Shown here piece after piece: positions 51,652-61,174 of a DNA stretch of 64,000 bases. The translations under genes were made by a program, and so were the position numbers. The notes under the pieces were generated by a model. It saw only the letters and a list, made by a program, of their open reading frames with translations. It had not been told where the DNA came from and did no database searches. Each line of letters opens with the position of its first letter. Position 1 is the stretch's first letter. The DNA lies in contig CAVRSB010000004.1 of the NCBI GenBank assembly GCA_963723785.1, positions 31,662 through 95,661 of the forward strand, in the 5' to 3' direction. The DNA comes from an uncultured Actinomycetes bacterium (GTDB lineage Bacteria > Actinomycetota > Thermoleophilia > Gaiellales > JAICJC01).

Positions 51652-51781
51652 CGCCCTGAGGCGCAGGCCGTTGGGTCTGTGGCAAGGATCGAGCCGCGAG
51701 CGGAGCGCAGGCGTGGCAAAGCCACGGCGAGCACCGCACGCGGCGTGGGACGCCGCCACAGACCCAACGGGCCAGCCTCAG
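51652..51781. repeat. secondary hairpin module downstream of copy H, carrying a nested insertion
   Basis: CGCCCTGAGGCGC (51652-51664) and GGCCAGCCTCAG (51770-51781) match the copy-A module but are separated by about 105 nt that form a long extended stem. Confidence 0.7.
51670..51768. repeat. 99-bp MITE-like or hairpin insertion bounded by 14-bp perfect inverted repeats
   Basis: GTTGGGTCTGTGGC (51670-51683) and GCCACAGACCCAAC (51755-51768), flanked by GGCC on both sides. The interior holds a smaller hairpin, CGTGGC-AAA-GCCACG. Confidence 0.6.
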
Positions 51782-52578
51782 AGGAAGTCGGAGACGGCGA
51801 CGCCGAAGGAGTATGGGGCTTCGATCATAGGCATGTGGCCGACGCCGGGAAGCACCACTTCCTCGGCGCCGAGCAGGTCGGCGAACTCGGGGCCGTTGTC
51901 CCAGCCGGACTGGTCGTGCTCGCCCCACACCACCAGGCAGGGCACGTCCACGTCAGCGGCGATCGTGCGCAAGTCGAGATCTTCGAGCGCAGGCAGGGCT
52001 GACGGCACCACCGGCGCAGCCCGGGCCGCGCCTCGCAGCAGTGACCGGGCCTGATCCGGCTCCAAGCCGTCCAGGTCGTTCATGCCGACGAACCAGCCGA
52101 AGATCACCCTTCGCGGCCACCGCGAACGCGATGCGGCGGCTTCCCACAACCGCTCGCTGCGGGCCAGCACCTTGTGCACCGGCATCACCGCCCGCGCCCG
52201 CCGAATGTGCAGCGGCGTGATTCCCACGGGCGAGGCCAGCACCAGCGCCGACACCGGCCGCGCGGCCGCCCAGCAGACTGCGATCGGCACGCCGAACGAG
52301 TGACCCACAATCGCCGGGTTCTCGGCCTCGAGCTGATCGGCGGCGTCGGCCAGCACCGTCACCAGCCCGTCGAACGTGAACGGGTCCAGCGCCTCGCTGT
52401 CGCCGTGACCGGGGACGTCGAAGGCGATTACCCGGTGTCGCCGCGACAGGCGCTCGGCGAACGGTGCCCAGTAATCGAGCGACCCGGTGAGCCCATGGAC
52501 CAGCACCACCGGAGGCCCGGACCCCCACTCGGTGACGTTGATTCGCAGCCCGTCGACCGAGAGTGTACGGTTCTTCAC
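51778..52578 (-). CDS. alpha/beta hydrolase
   Basis: ORF 51778..52818 trimmed to GTG 52578. VVLVHGL oxyanion region, GHSFG nucleophile elbow, C-terminal GHMP. Confidence 0.8.
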   Translation of the reverse strand: MKNRTLSVDGLRINVTEWGSGPPVVLVHGLTGSLDYWAPFAERLSRRHRVIAFDVPGHGDSEALDPFTFDGLVTVLADAADQLEAENPAIVGHSFGVPIAVCWAAARPVSALVLASPVGITPLHIRRARAVMPVHKVLARSERLWEAAASRSRWPRRVIFGWFVGMNDLDGLEPDQARSLLRGAARAAPVVPSALPALEDLDLRTIAADVDVPCLVVWGEHDQSGWDNGPEFADLLGAEEVVLPGVGHMPMIEAPYSFGVAVSDFL

Positions 52579-53445
52579 ATGTCGGAAGGTAGCACCGAGA
52601 CCGCTGACGAGTACCGGGCGCGCAGCGCCCAGAACTGGGAAGAAGCAGCCGGTTCGTGGGAGCAGAAGCGCGAGTACACCCGCAAGACCTTCCAGCCGTT
52701 GACCGAGTGGCTGCGAGCCCAGACGATGCTCGCCCCGGGCAAGCAGGTGCTGGAGTTGGCGGCCGGTCCCGGCGACACCGCCATCGAACTGGCGCCGGCG
52801 ATCGTCCCCGGCGGCCACTACGTGGCGACCGATCGGGCCGCGGGGATGGTTGCGGCTGCGACCCGCTCAGCCGCCGCCGCAGGACTCACCGACGTGATCG
52901 AATGCCGGGTTGTCGACGCCGAGGCGATCGACGTGGACGACGACAGCTTCGACGCGGTCGTGTGCCGGTTCGGGCTGATGCTGATACCCGACCAGGCCGC
53001 GGTTCTCAGCCAGACGCAGCGGGTCTTGAAGCCCGGTGGGGTGTGCGGATTTGTGGTGTGGGGCGACGAAGACCGAAATCCGTGGGCCACCCGTCTTTGG
53101 GGAGTGCTGGAGCGGCTGGTCGACATTCCCGCATCACCGCCCGGGTCGCCGGGGATGTTCTCACTGGCCGACCGCACACACCTGTCGCAGCTGATAGCCG
53201 GAGCCGGGCTCACGCAGACGGCGATGGAGGCGATCGACATCGAGTTCGAGTACTCGTCGTTCAACGAGTACTGGGAGACGAACTCGGCGCTGGCCGGCGG
53301 CCTTGCGCGGCTGCTGCCCACGCTGACCCAGGCCAAGCGCGATCACCTGATCGAGAGCGTGCGCGACGGGATGGCCGAATTCCGTCTCGCCGACGGGCGC
53401 TACCGCGTCACCGGCCAGGCTCTCTGCGTCGCGGCCGCCCGATAG
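52579..53445 (+). CDS. class I SAM-dependent methyltransferase
   Basis: ORF 52174..53445 trimmed to ATG 52579 (MSEGSTETADEY). Motif I VLELAAGPGD, LKPGG. Confidence 0.8.
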   Translation: MSEGSTETADEYRARSAQNWEEAAGSWEQKREYTRKTFQPLTEWLRAQTMLAPGKQVLELAAGPGDTAIELAPAIVPGGHYVATDRAAGMVAAATRSAAAAGLTDVIECRVVDAEAIDVDDDSFDAVVCRFGLMLIPDQAAVLSQTQRVLKPGGVCGFVVWGDEDRNPWATRLWGVLERLVDIPASPPGSPGMFSLADRTHLSQLIAGAGLTQTAMEAIDIEFEYSSFNEYWETNSALAGGLARLLPTLTQAKRDHLIESVRDGMAEFRLADGRYRVTGQALCVAAAR

Positions 53446-53454
53446 GATCAGCCG

Positions 53455-54168
53455 ATGCCGATCCACCTGCGGGCCGAGCCGGGCGACTACGCCCCGGCGG
53501 TGTTGCTCCCCGGCGATCCCCTCCGGGCTCGCTGGATCGCTGACACGTTCTTGGAGTCGCCCCGGCAGGTCAACGGCGAACGCGGCCTGTTGGGATTCAC
53601 CGGCTCGTTCGACGGCACGCCGGTGTCGGTGCAGGCCACCGGCATGGGCTGTCCCAGCGCTGCGATCGTGATCGAAGAGTTGATCCAGCTCGGCTGCACC
53701 CGGTTGATCCGCGTGGGCACGTGCGGAGCGCTGCAGCCCCAGCTGGCACTGGGAGACATGATCGTGGGCATCTCGGCGGTGCCCGCCGACGGCACCGCGC
53801 GGGCCTACACGGCCGGGGAGCCGCACGCCCCCACCGCCGACTTCGGGCTCACCCACGGGATCATCCACGCCGCCAAAGGCTTCGGCGTGCGGCCCCACGT
53901 GGGTGCGATCGCGAGCTCGGACACCTTCTACGACCCCGACCCCGAGCGGCACAGGCGCTGGGGTGAACGGGGCGTGCTGGCAGTCGAGATGGAGGCTGCG
54001 GTGCTGTTTACGATCGGCGGCCTGCGCAAGGTGCAGACCGCGTGCCTTCTGACCGTGTCCGACCTGGTCTACGGAGAGACGTTCGAACGCATCGGCGACG
54101 ACGACTTGGCCGCCGGTGTCGAGCGCATGTGCCGGTTGGCGATCGCGGCGGCGGTCGACCCCAAGTGA
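53455..54168 (+). CDS. deoD: purine nucleoside phosphorylase, DeoD type
   Basis: ORF 53455..54168. GDPLRARWIADTFLE, GMGCPSAAI, VEMEAA. Collinear with E. coli DeoD. Confidence 0.85.
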   Translation: MPIHLRAEPGDYAPAVLLPGDPLRARWIADTFLESPRQVNGERGLLGFTGSFDGTPVSVQATGMGCPSAAIVIEELIQLGCTRLIRVGTCGALQPQLALGDMIVGISAVPADGTARAYTAGEPHAPTADFGLTHGIIHAAKGFGVRPHVGAIASSDTFYDPDPERHRRWGERGVLAVEMEAAVLFTIGGLRKVQTACLLTVSDLVYGETFERIGDDDLAAGVERMCRLAIAAAVDPK

Positions 54169-55085
54169 CCGCCGTGATGATCGTCAACCCGGCCTCCGAC
54201 AGCGGCGGCACTGCCAAGGCCTGGCCGGGGATCGCCGAGGGAGCGAAGCTGCGCGGGATCGACGCCGACGTGCGCCTCACCACCGCCCCCGGGCACGCCA
54301 CCGAGCTCACCCGCGAAGCACTCACCGAGGGAGCCCGGCTGATCGTGGCGGTGGGTGGCGACGGCACCATCTCGGAGGTCGCCAACGGCTTTTTCGACGG
54401 CGAGCGGGCGATCGCGCCGGAGGCGGAGCTGGCGGTGGTCTGCCGCGGCTCGGGGTGTGACTTCATCCGTACCTTCGGCATCTCCAAGAAGACCGACCGC
54501 GCTCTGGACGTGGCCGCCGGGGGTACCGCGCGCACGATCGACGTGGGTGTGGCCCGCTTCACCGGCCCCGACGGCCTGCCGGCCGAGAGGCTGTTCGTCA
54601 ACGTCGCCAGCGCCGGCATGACCGGCTTTGCCGCCGAGAAGGCCAACCAGTCCTCCAAGCGCCTGGGCGCCACCGTGACCTTCGCCTGGGCGGGCCTGAG
54701 CTCGCTGATCTCCTACACCAACCGCCGCATGCGCGTCACCATCGACGGCCAGGAACGCGAGCTCGTCTCCAACAACGTGATCGTGGCCAACTGCCGCAGC
54801 TGGGCCGGCGGCATGAAGATCCTGCCGATGGCCGAGCCCGACGACGGCGAGCTGGACGTGCTGGTGTGGGGAGACATCTCCAAAGCCGATCTGGTCAAGA
54901 CGCTCCCCAAGCTCTATCGCGGCACCCACATCAACCACCCCAAGGCCAGCATCAGCCGCGCTCGCGAAGTCACGGTCACGCCCGAACAGCCGCTACCGAT
55001 CGAGCTGGACGGGGAACTGCCCGGCCTCACGCCGGTGACGTTCACCATCCGCAAGCAGGCACTCCGGCTGCGCGTACCGGGGTGA
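54165..55085 (+). CDS. diacylglycerol kinase family lipid kinase (YegS/BmrU-like)
   Basis: ORF 54042..55085 trimmed to GTG 54165 (GTGA overlap with the deoD stop). GGDGT motif. Confidence 0.8.
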   Translation: MTAVMIVNPASDSGGTAKAWPGIAEGAKLRGIDADVRLTTAPGHATELTREALTEGARLIVAVGGDGTISEVANGFFDGERAIAPEAELAVVCRGSGCDFIRTFGISKKTDRALDVAAGGTARTIDVGVARFTGPDGLPAERLFVNVASAGMTGFAAEKANQSSKRLGATVTFAWAGLSSLISYTNRRMRVTIDGQERELVSNNVIVANCRSWAGGMKILPMAEPDDGELDVLVWGDISKADLVKTLPKLYRGTHINHPKASISRAREVTVTPEQPLPIELDGELPGLTPVTFTIRKQALRLRVPG

Positions 55086-55088
55086 GCC

Positions 55089-55421
55089 CTACGTAGTCTC
55101 GGACGCCTCGGCAGCGGGCTCTGCGGCCGGCGGCTTCGGCTTGGTGGTGCGCGGACGGCGCGCGGCGGGTTTGGCCGGCTTCTTGGTCAGCTCTGCCAGA
55201 GCAGCCTCGATCCGGTCGACTGACTCCTGCAGCCGCGCGATGTCGTCACGGGTGGCCAGGGGCAGCGCGCCGGCCGCCTGCTGGGCCTTGGTGCGCACCG
55301 CATTGGCGCGATCGCGGGTAGCCGAGACGACCGGGTTGACCTCGTTCTGAACGCGGGTCACTTTCTCGTTGGTGGCATCCACCACGCGCTCGACCAGAGT
55401 CTTGCGATCGTCGTCTTCCAT
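55089..55421 (-). CDS. hypothetical coiled-coil protein with Lys/Pro/Ala-rich C-terminal tail
   Basis: ORF 55089..55583 trimmed to ATG 55421 (MEDDDRKTLVERV). Confidence 0.5.
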   Translation of the reverse strand: MEDDDRKTLVERVVDATNEKVTRVQNEVNPVVSATRDRANAVRTKAQQAAGALPLATRDDIARLQESVDRIEAALAELTKKPAKPAARRPRTTKPKPPAAEPAAEASETT

Positions 55422-55506
55422 CGTTCCCTCCTGGGAAGGCCTGAAACTACTCCGTCGCGGGCACCGTATCAGTCCGGAGGCCGAGTTTTCCAGTAGCTTC
55501 CCGTGC

Positions 55507-55917
55507 GTGAGCACCCCCCGCCGCCACCGCGTCTCGCTGCGCGTGCGCTTCTCGGAGACCGACGCAATGGGAGTCGCCAACAACGGCGTCTACCTGGCGT
55601 GGCTGGAGATCGCCCGGATCGAATACCTGCGCGCCCTGGGCCACAGCTATCGCGACGTGCACGACGGCGGGATCGACCTGGTGGTGGCCGAGGCCAGCGT
55701 CCGCTACCTCAAGCCGCTGCGTTTCGATGATCAGTTCGAGATCGACTGCGGCTGCGCCGAGATCACCCGAGCGACGGTCACCTTCGACTACGAGCTCGTA
55801 TCAGACGCAGGTGTGCATGCGCGGGCGACCACCCGACACGCCTGCGTCAACCGCGAGCTGATGCGACCGGTGCGGCTGCCCGAGTGGCTGCGCGAGATCG
55901 TTACCGCGACCAGCTGA
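55507..55917 (+). CDS. acyl-CoA thioesterase (4HBT/YbgC family hotdog fold)
   Basis: ORF 55369..55917 trimmed to GTG 55507. RVRFSETDAMGVANNGVYLAW pattern. Confidence 0.8.
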   Translation: MSTPRRHRVSLRVRFSETDAMGVANNGVYLAWLEIARIEYLRALGHSYRDVHDGGIDLVVAEASVRYLKPLRFDDQFEIDCGCAEITRATVTFDYELVSDAGVHARATTRHACVNRELMRPVRLPEWLREIVTATS

Positions 55918-56749
55918 CGCCGCCGTCGTCGGAGCGCAGCAGTAGCCCCGACGCCGTCCCGGCAAAGGCATTTTGGGGGTTTCGGGTGTCGACCGCAAGC
56001 GCGGTGATACCCGGCTCCCCGAGCACTCGGGTGAAGCTCTTGCCGTCGTTGCCGGAGTGCATCAGACCGGTCGCGTCTGCGACCAGCAGCACCTCGTCGT
56101 GCGGGGTCGAGGTCGCCACCGCAGTGGCGGAGGCCACGCCCGCGACCCGCTCAAAGCTGGCCCCGGAGTCGGTCGATTTCCACAGCCCCGCAGGCCCGGC
56201 GGCAACGTAGATGGTGTCGGGCTGAGAGGTGTCGGGTCGCCGCGCGGCGACTGCCACGCCACTTGCGGGCAGCCCCGAGGCACGCAGCGGCACCCACGAC
56301 CGGCCGACGTTGACCGAGAGCCACAGGCCGCCCTCTCCATCCAGGGCGTACAGGCGATGGGTCACGTAGTAGGGCGAGGTGACGGCCACCAGCGGTTGGG
56401 GAGCCGGGCGAAACGGCCGCACCACCAGGCCCGTGAACGGCCCCACCCGGGCGCCCAGCGCACCGTACAGGTAGGTGTGTTTCTCCCCGAACGCGATCGC
56501 ACCGCCGCCGGCCGATCCGGCCACCGTCTTCCAGGAGTGGCCACCGTCCTGAGAGCGGTATGCTCTCGCCGGTGTGGTCATCCACAGGGTGCCGTAGTTG
56601 TCAGGCGCCACTGCAACCGCACCTGCCCGGCCCGGCATCGCCACGGGTGACTCGGCCGATTTTGCACAGCCGGCACATGCAACCACGACAGTGACCACTG
56701 TCACCGCAGTGCCCAGCACCGTCCGAAATCGCTCAATAGAAGCCCACAT
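55901..56749 (-). CDS. lipoprotein with BNR/Asp-box (sialidase-like beta-propeller) repeats
   Basis: ORF 55901..57550 trimmed to ATG 56749. Lipobox VVACAGC. Asp-box-like SQDGGHSW, STDSGASF, SGNDGKSF, SDDGGVSW. Confidence 0.65.
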   Translation of the reverse strand: MWASIERFRTVLGTAVTVVTVVVACAGCAKSAESPVAMPGRAGAVAVAPDNYGTLWMTTPARAYRSQDGGHSWKTVAGSAGGGAIAFGEKHTYLYGALGARVGPFTGLVVRPFRPAPQPLVAVTSPYYVTHRLYALDGEGGLWLSVNVGRSWVPLRASGLPASGVAVAARRPDTSQPDTIYVAAGPAGLWKSTDSGASFERVAGVASATAVATSTPHDEVLLVADATGLMHSGNDGKSFTRVLGEPGITALAVDTRNPQNAFAGTASGLLLRSDDGGVSWSR

Positions 56750-56815
56750 ACGCCGAAAAACATAGAACACCCCCCAATTTCCGGGTTCACCGCTCAGCCG
56801 TGGACCGATTCTCCC

Positions 56816-58411
56816 GTGGCGCATACTGACCCAACCCCCATCACCCGCCTGCGCGGGTTGCTCGATGCCACCCGGTTGATCCGGGAAGAGCCCGACCCCG
56901 CCCGCTTGCTCGACGCGATCGCCCAGACAGTGTCGGAATCGCTGGGATATCGCTCGGTGGTGATGAACACCTACAGGCCCGCCTGGGACGACTTCGAGGT
57001 GACCGCGGTGGTGGGCAGCGATGCTGCCCGCGAGGCGCTGATGGGCGATCGGCTGCCATGGTCGGAGTGGGAGATGCTGCTGGACGCGCGGTTTGAGCGC
57101 CGCGGTGCCTACCTGATTCCCGAAGGTGAGTTCGATTGGGAGTCGAGCGCAAGCCGCACATACGTGCCCGCGACCTCGAGCCCCACCGGGTCGTGGCGGG
57201 CGGGAGACGCGCTGTTCGCCCCGCTCAAGCACTCCCGCGGCCACATCCTGGGAATCATCTCGGTGGACGAGCCGCTGTCGGGACATCGTCCCGAGGACGC
57301 GGAGCTCCAGGTGCTGGTGGCGGTCGCAGAACACGCGGCCATGGCACTCGAAGCGAGTCACGAGCACGCCGCCTCCGAGCGCCAGCAGGCCGCGCTGGGG
57401 CAGCTGCTGCAGGTGTCGTCGCAGATGACCGAGACGCTGGCAGCCGACGCCGTGCTGACCTCCATCTGCGAGGGCATCTCTGAGGCACTGGGGTTTGCCA
57501 AGGTGGCGCTGGACATCCCCGATCCCGAGACGGGAGTGATGCAGATGCACGCCGGGGTCGGTTGGGGGGCCGAGGAGCTGGCCGCCCTGACACCGCCCTC
57601 ACTGGCAGAGCTGAAGCCGCTGCTGGATCCGGCGTTCGAGATCGAGGGTTGCTACGTCATGACCCGCGACGAGGCGCTGGCCCGGCTGCCTTCGGGACTC
57701 AGCGTGTACCGGTCGGAGCGAAACGGGGTCGGCCCGTGGGCGTGGGACTGCCACTGGCTGTTGGTGCCGCTGTGGGATCGAAACGGCAACGTGAGCGGCC
57801 TGATCCGAGCCGACGAGCCACTCGATCGGCTGATGCCGGAGCGACCGATGCTGCAGACGCTGCGGGTGTTCGCGAACCACGCCACTGCGGCGCTCGACTC
57901 GGCCGCACGGTTTGAAGAGATGCGATTCCTGGCCGAGCACGACCCGCTCACGCGACTGCTCAACCGGCGCGCGTTCACCACCCGCCTCCAGGCCGCTATC
58001 GAGCGGTCAGAGCGCTACGAGGAGCAGTTCGCACTGGTGTTGTGCGACCTCGACGACCTCAAGCAGACCAACGACCGGCACGGCCACGAGGCCGGCGACG
58101 CCGCCTTGATCAGGGTCGCGATCCAGCTGTCCGGCTCGGTGCGAGGCTCCGACACCGTCTTTCGCATCGGTGGCGACGAGTTCGCACTGCTGCTGCCCTC
58201 CGCCGACGCCACCACCGTGACCGCGGTGACGGAGCGAATCGCCGCCGGCCTGAGCTCGGCGGCAGACGACCAGACACCGCTGCGGGCCAGCCTGGGCGCC
58301 TCGATCTACCCCGACGACGGCACCGACGCCGACGGCTTGTTCCACGCCGCCGACACCGCCATGTACGACGACAAGCGCGACGGCCGGCGTGAACAGGGCA
58401 AGGCGGCCTGA
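56816..58411 (+). CDS. GAF-GAF-GGDEF diguanylate cyclase
   Basis: ORF 56816..58411. Two GAF-like modules, then a GGDEF domain (DPLTRLLNRRAF, RIGGDEF) with an RxxD I-site (RGSD) 5 residues upstream. Confidence 0.9.
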   Translation: MAHTDPTPITRLRGLLDATRLIREEPDPARLLDAIAQTVSESLGYRSVVMNTYRPAWDDFEVTAVVGSDAAREALMGDRLPWSEWEMLLDARFERRGAYLIPEGEFDWESSASRTYVPATSSPTGSWRAGDALFAPLKHSRGHILGIISVDEPLSGHRPEDAELQVLVAVAEHAAMALEASHEHAASERQQAALGQLLQVSSQMTETLAADAVLTSICEGISEALGFAKVALDIPDPETGVMQMHAGVGWGAEELAALTPPSLAELKPLLDPAFEIEGCYVMTRDEALARLPSGLSVYRSERNGVGPWAWDCHWLLVPLWDRNGNVSGLIRADEPLDRLMPERPMLQTLRVFANHATAALDSAARFEEMRFLAEHDPLTRLLNRRAFTTRLQAAIERSERYEEQFALVLCDLDDLKQTNDRHGHEAGDAALIRVAIQLSGSVRGSDTVFRIGGDEFALLLPSADATTVTAVTERIAAGLSSAADDQTPLRASLGASIYPDDGTDADGLFHAADTAMYDDKRDGRREQGKAA

Positions 58412-58412
58412 C

Positions 58413-59972
58413 GTGCTCCGCGACGACCTCACATCGATCAAGCGCCTGCGCGGATTCCTCCAGGTCACCCGGCTGGTGCGCGGCGAGGAAGAGCTGTCGC
58501 TGCTGCTGGACGAGATGGCCGCGGCCATCTCCGACGCGCTCGGGTTTCGCCTGGTGGTGGTGCACATGTACCGGCCGGCCTGGGACGACTTCGAAGCCAC
58601 CACGGTGCACGGCGACGAGCAGGCACGGGCTGCGCAGCTGGAGCAGACCAACGGGTGGGAGCGGTGGTCGCCGCTTCTGGACGACCGGTTCCTCCGCGGT
58701 GGGGCGTATTTCGTGCCCCGCGGCCGCACCGACGTAGCCGACCTGCCCTCGATCAGCTCCACCGAGGACCCCAACACCTGGCATCCCGACGATCAGCTGA
58801 TCGTGCCCCTGCGCCACTCCCAGGGTCAGCTGGTGGGCATCCTGTCCGTGCACGAGCCGGTGTCGGGACGAGTACCCGGCGGCGACGAACTGGACATCCT
58901 GTCGGCCATGGCCGAACACGCCGCGCTGGCAATCCAGGGGGCCCAGGAGACTGCGGCCGCCGCCCGCCATCGCACCGCGCTGGAACAGCTGCTGACGGTG
59001 TCGTCCAAGCTCACCGAGACGTTTGCGATCGACGCCATCCTGCAGGCGGTGTGCGACGGCATCCATACGTCGCTGGGCTTCGAGAACGTCTGCATCGACC
59101 TGCCCGACCCCGAGACCGGGGCGTATCGCACCCGCGCCGCCCACGGCTGGAATGTCGACGACGCGGCCGTCAACCTGCCGATGCAGCCGGCCGAGCTGCG
59201 GCCGTTGATGGCCGCGCGCTTCGAGGTGGAGGGCTGCCACCTGATCGATCATGTGACTGCCGAGGAGCTGATCGGCGACCACCACGTCACCTATCACTCG
59301 GAGCTGCGCGGACACGGCCCCCACGCCTGGGACGATCACTGGCTGTTCGTGGTGTTGTGGTCGCGCAGCGGCGAGGTGATCGGTGTGATCTGGGTGGACG
59401 ATCCCCGCGACCGGCTGCTGCCGTCGGCGCGCAAGCTGCAGGCCCTGCGAGTGTTCGCCAACCAGGCCACCACCGCCCTGGATGCCGCCGCCCAGTACGA
59501 GGAGATGCAGTTTCTGGCGGAGCATGACCCGCTCACACGGCTCTTGAACCGGCGCGCGTTCGACGCCGAGCTGGACGCCGAGATGGCCCGGGCGGTGCGC
59601 TACGAGCACCCGCTGGCGCTGCTTTTGTGCGACCTCAACGGGTTCAAGCAGCTCAACGACGATCACGGTCACGCCGCGGGCGACCTCGCGCTGGAGCGAG
59701 TCGGAGCGGCGCTGCAGGCCACCGTCCGCACGGTCGATTCCGCGTTTCGCATCGGCGGCGACGAGTTTGCCGTGCTGCTGCCCCAAACCGACCGGGCCGA
59801 GGCGCTGGCGGTGATCGACCGGATCTCCGAAGCACTGCAGCACGATCTCGAGATCGGCAGCGTGACGGCCACCTTCGGGCTGGCCGTGTATCCCGAGGAC
59901 GGCGGCGACCCGCACCGGCTGGTACGCACCGCCGATGCCGCCATGTACGCGGCCAAACCCGCTCGCGGATAG
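58413..59972 (+). CDS. GAF-GAF-GGDEF diguanylate cyclase (tandem paralog)
   Basis: ORF 58389..59972 trimmed to GTG 58413, 1 nt after the preceding stop. Same architecture; RIGGDEF with I-site RTVD. Confidence 0.9.
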   Translation: MLRDDLTSIKRLRGFLQVTRLVRGEEELSLLLDEMAAAISDALGFRLVVVHMYRPAWDDFEATTVHGDEQARAAQLEQTNGWERWSPLLDDRFLRGGAYFVPRGRTDVADLPSISSTEDPNTWHPDDQLIVPLRHSQGQLVGILSVHEPVSGRVPGGDELDILSAMAEHAALAIQGAQETAAAARHRTALEQLLTVSSKLTETFAIDAILQAVCDGIHTSLGFENVCIDLPDPETGAYRTRAAHGWNVDDAAVNLPMQPAELRPLMAARFEVEGCHLIDHVTAEELIGDHHVTYHSELRGHGPHAWDDHWLFVVLWSRSGEVIGVIWVDDPRDRLLPSARKLQALRVFANQATTALDAAAQYEEMQFLAEHDPLTRLLNRRAFDAELDAEMARAVRYEHPLALLLCDLNGFKQLNDDHGHAAGDLALERVGAALQATVRTVDSAFRIGGDEFAVLLPQTDRAEALAVIDRISEALQHDLEIGSVTATFGLAVYPEDGGDPHRLVRTADAAMYAAKPARG

Positions 59973-60013
59973 GATCCCACGGCAATCCGACCGCTTCGAG
60001 GGGAGCCGCTCAG

Positions 60014-61174
60014 GTGGACTTCGATCTCACCGACGAGCAACGCGCGATCCAAGAGACTGTGCGCGAGTTCGTCGACCGCCGGGTGTTACCGGTGGCACAG
60101 GAAAACGACATCAATCATCACCTCGATATGGGCATCATCGAGGGCATGGCCGAGTTGGGCCTTCTGGGAGCGCCAATCCCGACCGAGTACGGCGGCGCCG
60201 GGCTCGACTTCGTGTGCGAGGCGCTGATCTGCGAGGAGATCGAGCGGGGCGAGTCGGCCTTCCGCACGCTGATCTCGGTGCATGTCGGCTTGAACTCGCT
60301 GTCGCTTTTGAAGTTCGGGTCTGAGGAGCAGAAGCAGAAGTACCTGGTGCCGATGGCCAAGGGCGAGAAGCTCGGCTGTTTTGGCCTGACCGAGCCGGCC
60401 GCCGGATCCGACGTGGCGGCGATGCTGACCAACGCGATCCGCCAGCCGGACGGCACCTACGTGCTCAACGGACAGAAGAACTGGATCTCGTACGCGACCG
60501 AGGCCGACTACGAGCTGGTGTTTGCAAAGACCGATCCCAGCGCCGCCCACAAGGGCATCTCGGCATTCATCGTGGAGCGCGAGTGGAAGGGCGTCGAGGC
60601 CCGCCAGATCCCGAACAAGCTGGGCATCTGGGCAGGGTCGACCGGCGAGCTGTTCTTCTCCGACGTGCACATCCCCGCCGAGAACCGGGTGGGCGAGGAG
60701 GGCGAGGGCTTCAAGATCGCGATGAACTCACTCGACCAGGGCCGCTTCACCGTCGCAGCCGGCGCGGTCGGCGTGATCCGCGCGTGCCTGGAGGCGTCGG
60801 TCAAGTACGCCAACGAGCGCAGCACCTTCGGCCAGGAGATCGGCAAGTACCAGTTCGTGCAGGACATGATCGCCGACATGGTGCTTGGCTATGAGACCTC
60901 GCGGCTCTTGGTGATGCAGGCCGCCGCCGCCAAGGACAAGGGCGTTCGCAACACCCGCGAGACGTCGCTGGCCAAGTGGCACGCCACCGAGAGCGCGTTC
61001 GACGCCGCCAACAAGGCCATCCAGGTGCACGGCGCCTACGGCTACTCGGCCGAGTACCCGGTGGAGCGCTACTTCAGAAACAGCCGCGCGCCGATCATCT
61101 ACGAAGGCACCACCCAGATCCACAAGATGATGCAGGCAGAGCACGCACTCGGATATCGCAAGCTCAATGGCTGA
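60014..61174 (+). CDS. acyl-CoA dehydrogenase
   Basis: ORF 59627..61174 trimmed to GTG 60014 behind GAGGGGAG. GCFGLTEPAAGSD, QIHGAYGY-type C-terminus, catalytic YEGT. Confidence 0.9.
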   Translation: MDFDLTDEQRAIQETVREFVDRRVLPVAQENDINHHLDMGIIEGMAELGLLGAPIPTEYGGAGLDFVCEALICEEIERGESAFRTLISVHVGLNSLSLLKFGSEEQKQKYLVPMAKGEKLGCFGLTEPAAGSDVAAMLTNAIRQPDGTYVLNGQKNWISYATEADYELVFAKTDPSAAHKGISAFIVEREWKGVEARQIPNKLGIWAGSTGELFFSDVHIPAENRVGEEGEGFKIAMNSLDQGRFTVAAGAVGVIRACLEASVKYANERSTFGQEIGKYQFVQDMIADMVLGYETSRLLVMQAAAAKDKGVRNTRETSLAKWHATESAFDAANKAIQVHGAYGYSAEYPVERYFRNSRAPIIYEGTTQIHKMMQAEHALGYRKLNG

